A stretch of 59,775 nucleotides of DNA, filler included, from Catajapyx aquilonaris (taxonomy: Eukaryota), in NCBI GenBank assembly GCA_000934665.2. It is 2 parts of 2 records of this genome, joined end to end, with 100 filler letters (N's around TTAATTAATTAA, not from the genome) between each part and the next. Parts side by side here need not be neighbours in the genome. Positions count along the whole stretch, not along the records: positions 1 to 29,844 come from JYFJ02004732.1; 1 more part is not named here. The stretch is one strand, 5' to 3'. Shown here in pieces: positions 11,839 to 22,704 of this stretch. Every line of letters starts with the position of its first letter. The stretch's first letter is position 1. The notes under the pieces were generated by a model that searched no databases, had not been told where the DNA came from, and saw only the letters and a program-made list of their open reading frames with translations. A program made the position numbers and the translations under genes.

Positions 11839-12456
11839 CTACCCATTCTTGAAATTCATCAGATATCGCTCCCTAGCCTCACTCAGATATTTTTCCATTT
11901 CCGCCCGAACTCGGGACTGCCCCTCCTTGGAGAGGCGATGGAAGATCTCCTCCCTATGCCGTTTGGTACGGACCAGAAGCGCACGCCTCTGCTTGTAGAG
12001 GAGAGTTGTCATATCAGCACTCACCGCCCGGGCAAATGCATCTAACTCGTTCCAATCCTCATTGGATATCAAGTCCATATTAGGAACATAGTGCTCCGGG
12101 TGCAGGTGGAGAGTATGGATAGGGTCCCCCGCCAAGAGGCTCCTGACCTCGTCGTCCAAAATGGTACGTAACCAGAGTTCTCTCTTGTACAGTGCCATGA
12201 CCTGACTGGCCAGGCTGGCGGGGTTCCCCGGAGTGCGCAAAGGCACGTTCGTCAAAGGCCTGGGAGTCAGCGGGCTCCACACCTTGATCAACTCGGCCGT
12301 GGCCGGGACCAACGGCTCAAAATCGTAACCGTCCGAAAATATGGTCGCTTCTTTGGAAACACATGCACGGACCATTTGCCACGGGGACCCCACAGGGGAC
12401 ACCCGCCAAAAGTCCGCATAAACGCGGGTCAAAGGAATAGTAAGGCTGGGAGCCAT
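11839..12456 (-). CDS. Uninterrupted ~205-aa ORF of unknown function, probably TE- or virus-derived
   Basis: No stops; ATG in GCCACCATGG context; helical, charged C-terminus; GC-rich flanks; TATA-like ATATATA ~300 bp upstream. Confidence 0.45.
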   Translation of the reverse strand: MAPSLTIPLTRVYADFWRVSPVGSPWQMVRACVSKEATIFSDGYDFEPLVPATAELIKVWSPLTPRPLTNVPLRTPGNPASLASQVMALYKRELWLRTILDDEVRSLLAGDPIHTLHLHPEHYVPNMDLISNEDWNELDAFARAVSADMTTLLYKQRRALLVRTKRHREEIFHRLSKEGQSRVRAEMEKYLSEARERYLMNFKNG

Positions 12457-13415
12457 GGTGGCAGCAGGGCTCTGTGCCTCCGGCGACCTCCACAAGGAAG
12501 GTTTAGGTTAGATATAGATTCCAGCCGGTTGTCCACCACCACCGGGCTCTCTCCCAAAGGCCCAGAAAGCTTAGGGCGGTCGCCCACGGGCTCGGTTCCC
12601 AACCGGCCTCACAGGCCCCGGACCGGCCCCTCAACCGGCCCGGGTAGATACTGAAAAGGGTGGTTTTTGGACCGAGCAAGTCGGTTGACTACTGCACCCA
12701 GCTCCCGACAGAAGCCCAGCCAACAGGGCGTTCGCCCGGGAGTGGGTTGGTTTCTGAATATATATTGTATAGGCCTTCTCCACAGTTTTACTGATATTTA
12801 CGATGGAGGAAGGGTGTCACTTTCTCCCCAGTTTGATACTTATACGGAGGAGGAAAGATCGATTGGCTTCCTCCCCAGTTTGATGCTTGTACGGGGGAGG
12901 AAGGGGAAAAGGAAAACCTTAAACAACTACGGTACCCTTTTTCTGAAAGACTAAAATACCCTTTTGCCACACGATTTGAAGAGTTCTCCGGTTCCCGACC
13001 GGTTTCGCTTTGTGAGAAAAGCTCGTCAGGGGGTGTGGGGTGCACTGTGTGGACTACAAAATCTTAACCTAACATAAAAATAAAAATACCACCGTCCGTG
13101 TGAGCTGCCAGGCCGAAGCCACAATAACCGCTCACACACCTGAAGGGCGGCCTACCTCTTTGGACTAGTACCATCCAGGTACAGCAAGGGGCCCAAGGTA
13201 AAACTGGAGGGCAAATCTCCAACCTCAGGTGGAAAAGGGAAGGGGGGACCCCGAGCCACTATGTGCAATGTGTCCGGGGAGCCGGCAGCCTCTAAAAGGC
13301 GCCTTGCTGAGGGAGTACCTTGCTAGTGAACCAGCCAGGACCTCCAGATCCATAGGGTTAGAAAACTTGGACCTGTAGGAGGAACCTGCCCTCCTCCATC
13401 CTACCAGTCCTGGTG

Positions 13416-13684
13416 TTATTTGTTGCTTACAATTGATTTAGACTTGGAACCTCCCCTTTAAGGTGTTGCATACGAGGCCTTAGCTCCACTTGGTTTGTTC
13501 TAATACCCAGGATTTCTCCTAAAAAAATCGTCACTGACCAGGAAAATTACATTATTTGTTGCTTACAATTGATTTAGACTTGGAACCTCCCTTTTAAGGT
13601 GTTGCATACGGCCTTAGCTCCACATGGTTTGTTCTAATACCCAGGATTTCTCCTAAAAAATCGCCACTGGCCAGGAAAATTACA
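13416..13684. repeat. Tandem duplication (136 + 133 bp)
   Basis: TTATTTGTTGCTTACAATTG...GGAAAATTACA at 13416-13551 and 13552-13684, near identical. Confidence 0.95.
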
Positions 13685-13965
13685 AACACCCTAAAAATAA
13701 GTAGTGTTCGTGCAAGAAGGGCACTTGATAGTGTGGAAATGGGAATCTTAGCACCGTTTGTCAGTAGTAGTGCACAATTATGCCTCAGCAATTCTTTTCT
13801 TTGCCTGGCCAGTGGTGGGATTCTCTGGGAATGCCAAGATCTTATTTCTTGGGCTGCAAGTGACAAGCACTTCCATTGTTCCAGCGTTAATCGAAAATGA
13901 TAAAACCAAGTTTTAAATAAATGATTGTGGGAAATACTACTTAACATAGCAGAAATGATACGCAG

Positions 13966-14690
13966 TTACTCATTGCCATATGGTAGCGCATGTTTCAGGA
14001 GCACCAGTGACTGGCCATGAACTTTGTAAATGGACAGTGGTGTGGCATCCTCTAGTCTGCTCTGTGTTAGCCTAACTAAATGATTAGTGCTTGCTGGTAT
14101 AGTAAGGTACCCATGGTAATGTGAATCGTACTGAATGATGTCCCAAGTGGAACACATATCATTGAACAATCTTCACTGTCAACATAAAGGTCTAGAATTT
14201 CTGCAAAACATGGTTCACCATCCTTTAAATCCCACACTACAGCCGTGTTTGCATAGTAAGTAAGGCCACTGATGGTAACGCTCTTACACTTTACAGCGTT
14301 GACTCTGTCACCTGTGGAACCAAGACTTTCCTTTAACAGCTGTACATGATCTACAGAAATTGTGCTATTTGGCAATGCCACAAATGAAATCTGTTCATGA
14401 TCGAACTCACTACTTGCAAAGTAGTAGCACTGTTTCAGTTGGTGTCTCCTGGCTAGAGTATAACTTAGATTGATTCTGTTTCGTGACAACTGCGCCCACT
14501 GTCTCAGTTCGGAATGCTTTGCCTCAAAGCGTACAGTGGAACAATGCACTAATGGTCCAAACCTTGTCACAAGCCATGGGTAGTGGACCAAGAAATGCAT
14601 TTTTGGTGTTATGCGTTCTTCTGGAAAGAGCTCATGAAACTGACCTAAAAAGTCAGTGACTTTCACAGTAAAACATGCCCACATTGTTCC
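13966..14690 (-). pseudogene. CMC/EnSpm-type transposase C-terminal fragment
   Basis: ITPKMHFLVHYP..FGPL..STVRFEAKH..TLARRHQ; after a frameshift YDSHYHGY..PLSIYKVHG..VLLKH. Confidence 0.8.
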
Positions 14691-14973
14691 AGTCCACATT
14701 GGGGCACATATGACCACATCTTTGTATTACAAAGCAATTGAAAACATCCCTATTAACTTGCAAGTTTGTAAATATTGTCAATCGATATTGCTGGAAGAAC
14801 GTTAATTTTTATTTCATCCCCTGCGAGCCCAGTGAAATTGCAATAAAAAATAACAAAAATTGCCTATAATGTTATCAGCATGGGCATGATGGGTGCAGAT
14901 CCCAACCTCACCACCTCCAGTTATATACTCACTGCACAAATTGAGGCAGTGAAACTTAATTACACAAACATAC

Positions 14974-15375
14974 CTCTACGGTTTCTGCAAGTGGTCTCTG
15001 GACACGTTCCCTTTGCCAGTCTACTAGTTTGGCCTGTGCACGTGGTCCGACTTTGGGAATTAGGGAAGCCACATGCTCACTTTTTAATACCGCCAGTCCT
15101 TCTTCATCTATTTCCTCGTCTGAAAGGTATATCTAGTCATAACCAAAGAATAGGAGTCAATCTCCACACCACAGGAATCTCCCTGGCAGTAAATAAGCAC
15201 GTGCACATCATTAATTTTGGGAAGTGAGGTTATGTTCTAGGCATACTGTACGTTTCCCCTTCGGGCCTGCCCTTGAGATATGGAGTGCATTATTTCAAGT
15301 ACTTACCTTCAAACTGCGGAATATAGGCCTCATAGCCCCACTCCACGAGGAGATGTCTGACAAGTTGATCGGTCA
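14974..15375 (-). pseudogene. Spliced SAM (sterile alpha motif) domain gene fragment, accessory gene of a CMC/EnSpm-like element
   Basis: Exon ~15375-15307 (LVRHLLVEWGYEAYIPQFE), GT-AG intron 15306-15120, exon 15119-14974 (DEEIDEEGLAVLKSEHVASLIPKVGPRAQ...) ending at a GTATGT donor; phases are compatible. Confidence 0.8.
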
Positions 15376-15763
15376 CGGTCAACACTGGAACATGGCCGGC
15401 CTATGTGCTGGGCCCATCCCTACATCCGCCCGGGAGACAATATTCGCCTGGCTCCACTTCGGTTCCAAATAGCGGCTTTTTTTCAAATATCGTAACAGTA
15501 CCAACAGAGTCACATAATTATGACAACACGGACTGGACCTCTTTCAGCTCCTCAGTCATGCTGGACAGTTGTCCCTGTACCTCTCGTGTATGGTCCTTAA
15601 GGCTTGTTTCACGATCACCGAAAAGCGAGCTGCAAATCTGTCCTCCGCCCTTTGCAGGAGCTGCTTCACATCTTCTGTTGTCAGCCCCGGTTTCCCTCTC
15701 CCTTATCTTTTTTTGCACCCAGAAAGCACGTCTGTTCGCCTTGGCAGCCAGAGGAAGTGTACC

Positions 15764-16200
15764 TTAATAAATGGGGAACATTGTTTTCAAAACAACACCA
15801 TGCCTTCCACGCTTGCTGTAGACTGGCAGAGGAGTGTGCAAAGCCAGTTGCCTGAAATTCATCTCTGCATGGTTTGTGGCAATTACTGAATAGTAACCAC
15901 AATGAGCATGGTATTCACTGTGCTTGGATTTCAACAGTAAGAACAACTAATTTTTGATAATGTACATGTTCTGGATAATTGTGAACTTGGGATCAAAATT
16001 ATCCACGCTGTGTATCAAACACATTCCCTGTTTGTAGCGCACCCCATGATACTCAACACTTGAAGCTATTAATGCTGTGTCCCCTGGCAAAAAACCAAAT
16101 TCACTGTCAAGCTGATGGTGTAAGTCTTGAATTGTAACTACCCATTCACAACTGATTGCCTTTGGAAAGTCAGTCATGAGTTCACTAGACCACAAATGAA
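15764..16200 (-). pseudogene. Second CMC/EnSpm-type transposase C-terminal fragment
   Basis: VEYHGVRYKQGMCL..PKFTII..*LFLLLK..YHAHCGYYSV..PLPVY..GVVLK, homologous in pattern to the tail at 13966-14300. Confidence 0.65.
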
Positions 16201-16801
16201 TGACCCAAAATGGAAAGGGCGTAAGTCCATGAGACCTAATTTTACAGGGGAGACAAAAAACTGAAATGCGGCATTGTAAATTCGTCATGGTGGTCGGACT
16301 CGCGGGAAAGTTGATCTTATTAGTCGACATTGGCATCATGTTGAGCAGAGTTCGGTGGAAAACGCGTCATGACAGATGCGTGAGAGCGATTTAAAGGGAC
16401 GGGACTTGCGTCCCTTTCATTCTGAAAGATGGCAGGATGAGGAAATCTGTGCCGTTCTGTCACATGATGACATAAGTAACACAAAATAATACACTCATTG
16501 ATATAGGCAAACACTTTACTTCAACATTTTCCTGAATACATGTAGGTACATACCGGATAATGACACATATCTCCCATTCTGAGAGGGGATATTATGATCA
16601 TTTCCCACCAAGGGAGCAACATTATGCCCTCAGTCACTGTCGCCCTCAGATTCCTCTCCCCTTGTTTCTTGCGTAGTTAGGGACTTATAGAGAGACTGTG
16701 CGCCACTTGTTAAATACCTAGAGTTTCAAAACGTCTGAGTTTCAAAGGATTTATGGGTAATGCCTCCCCATATAGTGCCTCCCTTGGAAAGGTTATTTCT
16801 T

Positions 16802-18130
16802 TTACCTGGGGTTCCTTAACCAAACTCCTCCATCTGCAATTATTTTGTTCACTTCTTCTGCCAATAAAGTGGGGGCTTCTTTCCCTGCTGCATAATTTTC
16901 ACTGTGTTCCATGATCATGATGGTTTTGTGTGTTTTCACAGATTGCATGTTTGTTGAGCCTTCTAAAACAAAATTCACTGCTGTCCAGTTCAGTCCATAG
17001 CTGTTCATTCTGACACCATCACCTTCCAGTTTCAGAGTAATGGTTTCTTCCCTTCCGACCATGTTCTTGTGGGCACATAGCTCTTCCACCGAATCGACAG
17101 CAATCTTCATCACTGAATCTACAGTTGCTCCTGCAACTCTGCCCCTTAACAATGAGATATTATATTGTTGGTCCACATATTCCTGACACGATTGCAGCAA
17201 GCTCCACTTTGGAATTTGGGACATGGAGTTCAATGATTTCCAGGCATTTTGGCTGATGTGGCAGCTCAGCTGCATGTGCAAGAAGATGAAAACTAGATTC
17301 TTTTGATCGGGCGTCAACGAGGCAAAATCAGAGGTTCCTGCTATGTACAAATTGGGCTTCCCCTTATAGACACGGTCCCCTTTGCTGGGTTTAGAGCATA
17401 AGTAGCATTTCCCCCTATGCATATCATTATCTCCCGCAAGTCTATGCCAAATGAGTCAAGAAAATAGAGGCACGTGTCTGTTATCGTCATCACTTCCTTC
17501 AGCTTCAAATATCCCTGTGTCTTGCCTAATTCTCCGACTTTTTTTCCTCTGTTCACCAAGGAAAAGTCGCTGCCGGGGCCAGGCAGTCACAATTTCTCAA
17601 CTGTAAGGTTCAATTCATTATTTCTTGCCTTAAGGGCGTCCTTCTCCGTCACAGTTTTGTCAAGGGTTTCATGAAGTTTTGAAGTTGCAAGGTTCAGTTC
17701 CATGTTTCTTGCCTTAAGGGCGTCCTTCTCCATCACAGTTTTGTCAAGGGTTTCAATAAGTGTTGCAATGTTGGAGTCTTGTAGTGCCACTGTCAGGCTG
17801 CCTGCACTAACACGTGAAACATTTGATGTTGTACTTCTACAATACCCTACAAAACAGTACTCCTTCTCTAGCAACAAATATTTCCCCTTCCCTGATTTCT
17901 TCGTATATTTGCTCTTGGCGATTTTGGCATTCATTTGGATTGTGGTTTTCATGGCGTCAGAAAATGTGATGCTGAGGAGGCTGTTCAGGGCTTCATCAAT
18001 GGCAAAGCTTTTGCGACTGCAGATAGTTTCCAGTTGTAGCAATGTCCTGCACTTCATTGACACTTTTGCCTCACCGTCAACTACGGTCATGGATATCTCT
18101 TCTTTTATTGCGGAAAGTTCTCCCTCCATG
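16802..18130 (-). pseudogene. RAG1/Transib-like DDE transposase, N-terminal part, disrupted and 3'-truncated
   Basis: MEGELSAIKEE...coiled coil; in-frame stop at 17587-17589; CLYFLDSFGIDL; frameshift; then ITLKLEGDGVRM..WTAVNF..QSVKTHKTIMIMEHSENY..LLAEEVNKII. This is an RNase-H-like beta-strand Asp with RAG1-core-like downstream spacing, recognised by eye only. Confidence 0.55.
17605..17755. repeat. 84-bp tandem repeat encoding a 28-aa (four-heptad) coiled-coil unit
   Basis: ETLDKTVMEKDALKARNMELNL / ETLDKTVTEKDALKARNNELNL; nucleotide copies start at 17605 and 17689. Confidence 0.9.
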
Positions 18131-18153
18131 ATGTGAGCAACCACTTCACTGAT

Positions 18154-19128
18154 TCACTGATTTTGAGGGCAAGCCTGTCTAGCAAGTACGAGATGCAGGG
18201 ACTCCTGAGGGATGTACTTGGCACAGACATTTCCCGCACTGTCCTTCTTAAACACTTTCCTGGCAACCCGCACTCCACTCTTCATCCTCAAAGGAAAGTT
18301 CACCTTCCTACCGTCCCCAAGTGAATTGTAGACAGTGAACCACTTCTCGGGAAGATGTATGTCTTCGAAGGCTTTTTCTTCATAGAGGCTCCAGCCCTTC
18401 CCAATTGGCTGGCCTCTGCTACCAAAGAGAATCATGAAGACATCCTGGCGGAGACTTGCCCTGATGGCCCCTCTTGCTTGTGACTTCTGAGTCAGGCCTT
18501 CTATCACTAGGTTTAAGAACACCTCCACTCCTTCATCCAGCAGCTCCCGGCTCACGTTTGGGTACAAGTAACTCTTCTTCGCCGTAGCGTTAAGGTGACT
18601 CTCTGGTTCCCAAGTGCACTCTTGATTGGTGTGGTACTTCCATTTGACGAGGTACTTCTTTCCCTGTTGACCAAGTACATTATGAAATTTTTCATAATAA
18701 TGGAAAGTGGTGGATTGTTTAGAAATGAAAGTAGAGCTCGTGTCAGTGCTGGAAAAATGTTGCGGCTAATTCTGCTGCGCAAAATTGTTACAACAGTACC
18801 CATCGAAACTCTCCCCCCACTCACACACCATGAATGTAAGCATCCCTTTCACAAGCATCCATGTAATGACAAATAACACATCACTGCTAAACTCCAACAG
18901 TATACATATATTTTGACCATCATGATTCCTGAGAGTGACCCAATTCATTGTTTCAGCAATCTTGAGATTATAGTTGTTTATACTGATCACGTTGCTCTTT
19001 GAACGGATGAAATGTGCATCAAATTCAATGTGTGTCTTACCCTTTTTTGCAATTACACGTTCTACTTCATGATATGTTGACTCTAAGCGAGAGGTGGACC
19101 TTATCCCTCTTCTAGGAGATGGTGTCAT
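18154..19128 (-). pseudogene. Two-exon chromodomain protein gene (~200 aa), probably frameshifted by 1 nt
   Basis: Exon 1 19128-19041 (..TYHEVERVIAK), GTAAG donor at 19040, CAG acceptor at 18664, exon 2 18663-18154 (GKKYLVKWKYHTNQECTWEPESHL, continuing in frame into ORF 18154..18567). Confidence 0.8.
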
Positions 19129-19376
19129 ACTGGTCTCTCATGTGGACGTTTCTGAATTTTTAGAAATTGTAATAAATGTCATTGAGAGGACATGACATTC
19201 CATCTCAAGTCCCAACCAATATGACCTTCTTTACTCCCCGAAATGTTGCAAATTTTGGCCATTTCTAGTTTTGCTTTGCCTGTAGTGTTGTACAAACTTC
19301 ACCTTAGCTGCTAATGATTGTCAACTTTTTAAAGTTGCTATATTTCTATTAGTTGCGGTGTGCAATGACACGACAT

Positions 19377-19990
19377 AGAACGAAAGAGCACATTTCGAAG
19401 TTTTCATTGCACACAGTACAAGTGCTAAATATGAGCCCCTTTCGTCGCACGACTCACATCAAGACGATAGTCCAATTCTCTCCACACCCTGGCCAACATG
19501 CCTGGTGTGATTTATTCCACAGCTGCAACAATCCTGCGTTTTAACTCACACAGGCTTGTAGGTAGCGGTGGTACGAAGACGTGGTCCTTTACATGCCCCC
19601 AGAGGAAAAAGTCACACAGGGTGAGGTCATGAGGCCACTGGAGAAAAATCATCACACTCTCGGGTCCCTCCTCCGACACACGCGGACGTCCCGTACCCTT
19701 GCCCTTGCAAAGGCATCCCGTCGTCTGAAACTTATGGAACCACCGTTGAATGTGATTGTAGGGAGGGGCGTAACGCCCTCCGTACTGTCGGCGGAAGGCC
19801 CGCTGAACAGAAACTACCGAACCAAGCTTTGCAAACTGCAGGACACACAACGCTTTCTGAACGGGAGACGCCATTTTGTGAGGTGGCGCTGTGTGCCTCG
19901 CGGAAAAGTGCGGAGCCAACTTTTCTGTGTGCAATAAAAACTTCAAAGTGTACTCTTTCGTTCTGGGTGGTTCCATTTCAGATCAGCCAG
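19377..19990 (-). mobile_element. Internally deleted Tc1/mariner element (DUF4817-type HTH fused to catalytic C-terminus)
   Basis: MASPVQKALCVLQFAK..SVVSVQRAFRRQY..RWFHKFQTTGCL..GRPRVS joined to WP.DLTLCDFFLWGHVKD; ~40-bp inverted repeats at ~19377-19417 and ~19925-19964. Confidence 0.85.
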
Positions 19991-20542
19991 TGAGTGAAAA
20001 AAGGTGTCAGGTCATAGTCATCGATTTTTTAGAAGAAAAAATATGTGAAACCCACATCCAATTGAACTCTTATGGAGCAATCAGTTTTACTAGATTAAAT
20101 TGAGTTATCGAGATATTAATATTTCTTTGAAGGGGTACCAAAATCACAAGCACGCGAAGACGCACTTTTTCCCGCCTTTTCCATTGCTTTCAATGAGTAT
20201 ATCTCGGGAACTGTTCTGAGAACCAACATGAAATTTTAAACTCATGCTTTTGGAATAACAGTCATTTAATGCATAAATTTACCCTATTTAATGGTACAGT
20301 CACCTGCAAAAAAATCACCAATCGTGCATATTTTGGTCAAAATGCGCATATTTCGCAATTTATTACGCCGTTATGGTAAACGTGACGGTTGCGCTGATTA
20401 TATTTTGTGATATACTCGGTGACCTTCTCCAGGCTATGAAATAAAACCTTCGTTAGCTCCGCGTGTAGTTGAGATATGCGAGGTGAAAATATGGCAACAA
20501 GTGAAAACGTGCATATTTCAAAAATTATTTTCTCAAAAAAGC

Positions 20543-20866
20543 GATTTTTAAATATTTTTATTTAATTTTTTATTTTAAAAGGAAAGGCATGGTAAAAAAT
20601 TAACTGGTGTCAAAACCCCGCATATATTTTTTATACATGAGATAGGCCTACAAATTTTTGTAAAGTCACAACTTTCGTAATTGTGCTACAAAATGCACAA
20701 TTCAAATAAATATTATCTCGAAGAAGCCATTTTGAATATTTTATTTTTATTTTACAAGGACGGACATGGTATAAAATTAAGTAGTGTCAAAACCCGGTAT
20801 ATATTTCTTATACGTGAGATATAAATTTTTGTAAAGTCACAACTTTTGTAATATATTGTGCTACAA
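20543..20866. repeat. Degenerate ~175-bp tandem duplication
   Basis: CATGGTA.AAAATTAA..GTGTCAAAACCC...AAATTTTTGTAAAGTCACAACTTT.GTAA..TTGTGCTACAA occurs twice. Confidence 0.8.
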
Positions 20867-20871
20867 TATAC

Positions 20872-21060
20872 CAATACATCCTGCCAATGCCGCTTTTCTC
20901 GCCCAATCGGGTCCTGCGTTTGCTTGTCGATTGTATCATGCAACCTAATGCGCCTCTCCAATTCCAACCAATCTTTCATGCTCGAAATGTGTTCACGAGA
21001 TCTCTCATGACTCTGGAGTCTCTCGCTCAATTTTTTTCAGTTGTCAAAACCTTCACGGGA
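20872..21060 (-). pseudogene. hAT (ZMYM1/TTF-type) transposase fragment
   Basis: GFDN*KKLSERLQSHERSREH..W.EL..R..TIDK..EKRHWQDVL. Confidence 0.8.
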
Positions 21061-21061
21061 G

Positions 21062-21395
21062 TAAGTTTAGATGTAGGAAGGGTTTGCTGCAAGTCTACAG
21101 TGATAACATAGTGTTGTTCAGGGTTTCTTTTTGCTAATTCAGAGAGGTGGACAATGTAATCCTGGCCACTTTGTGCCTTTCGCAAATGAAGCTCTTTTAA
21201 GAGATTTCAATGTCTTAGTCTCAATAGCATTTTCAACTCTCTCTCTGTTTCAGCTATCTGTATAGCAAGCTTGTCACATGTTGCGCATGAATCTGACTTT
21301 GGCAATTTAAATCCAATGTTAAAATCGTGAGTGAAAATTTGCATGAACTTGCTCTGAGAATTTTGGTCCTGACACCATGGTAAATACCTATCTGT
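21062..21395 (-). pseudogene. Sola1-like transposase fragment
   Basis: IFTHDFNIGFKLPKSDSCATCD..*..ELHLRKAQ..VITVDLQQTLPTSKL. Confidence 0.65.
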
Positions 21396-21418
21396 GAATA
21401 AGGACGAAGTAGTGCTAT

Positions 21419-21838
21419 TGTGACCCCAGCGAGTGGCTAGGGTTAGCACAATGAACTAGATGGATCCCATACTGGTCTGGTTTATTCGCAATTAAGGACA
21501 CACATACAATATCATTACGAGGAAGGAACAAGGTTGGATGGGACGAGCGAGGTGGAGTGGCCAGTGGCCGGCAGCGACCGACCGAAAGGCCTCGTACAGT
21601 AGTGGTCACGGGTTTTTATAGTTTAGGTTAGACAAAGCATGATGGGTACGAGATAAGGCGCAAGACAGGGTGGGTATATACAAATGGTAACCTTGTGACG
21701 TATGTACAAATGGGGTTTGATAAGACATAACAACACCACAGCCCTGGTCCATTAAATCTGGTTCAACATAAGATAAGCTTTAGATAGCTGGGTTTTTATC
21801 AGTACATGCGGGGCGGGCCAGCGACCTCTTAGGTCACA
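21419..21838 (-). mobile_element. LTR (420 bp), probably the 3' LTR of a Gypsy element
   Basis: Termini TGTGACC...GGTCACA (7-bp inverted); minus-strand TATAAAA (~21620) upstream of AATAAA (~21485). Confidence 0.75.
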
Positions 21839-22127
21839 CACCTCACGGCGGAGAACCCACCCACGCAGACGGCGGAAAACACTTCAACGGGGTTAATTTC
21901 CCCAACGTAAATACACACCACCTTATTCAACCCATCCAAAAAAAAGAGAAAAAGCGGCTGCCAAAATAAACGTTTACGTTAACCAGTAGGAGGGCCTTCA
22001 AACCCAACGGAAACTTACACTTACAAAAAGAAAAAGCCGCAGAAGCACTATTGTTGGGTATGGCAACATTGAACACAAATCACACACGCACTTTCGGTAA
22101 TGCTCAGCACATTCACAGGAACGTCAC

Positions 22128-22547
22128 TTATTCTCGGTCACTGTCGTCAGCCACTTCCACTGGATGATGACCTCCGGACGACGTCAGGGGAGAAAGCAAG
22201 GTCATCGGGCTTCCTGGGGTGAAATCCCCCCCCTCGTATGGTTGCACGATAGGGGCCGGTGATCCACTAAGGGCAGGCCAGATCCTTCCACACTGGTCGG
22301 GCGTTAGTTCGCGGAATACATCCGCAGGGTAGGAGAAAGCCGGCATATGTTCAGCGGCAGGGCCCTCCAACGGTGCGATACCTGTCAGCAGCTGTTTACG
22401 GCTGTCGATGTCACATTCCCAGTATGAGAGAAAGTCCATTGGTAGATGAATAGGGATGACCGATGAGGGGACTATGGTGAAACCCTTCTGGAAGATGGTC
22501 CCGGCTAACTCCAATGGTAGAGTGACGTGTCCCACAGGTAGGGGCAT
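22128..22547 (-). pseudogene. Gypsy-like retropepsin (aspartic protease) C-terminal fragment
   Basis: GHVTLPLELAG..FTIVP..IHLPMDFL resembles the ILGxDFL motif; same strand as, and upstream of, the LTR. Confidence 0.6.
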
Positions 22548-22704
22548 TTCAGGTGGCTCTTTCTGCTTCTTGCACAGGTCTCGCGTATATTGGACTTCCA
22601 GTCAGCACTGTTGTACAACCACGCTTGCGTCCCTTGGTCCTAGGTCATGCAGTTCCTGGGTTTAACTTTGGCACGGGAATAATGTCTCGCGGCGACCCCA
22701 TCTC

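Noticed and set aside
17702..18876. Plus-strand ORFs (17702..18136, 18595..18876) as genes
   Set aside because: They are antisense shadows of the minus-strand coding sequence.
19270..19290. CACTACAGG on the minus strand as the 5' terminus of the chromodomain/Transib-like element
   Set aside because: No matching inverted copy or TSD was found on the other side, and a match this short is expected by chance.
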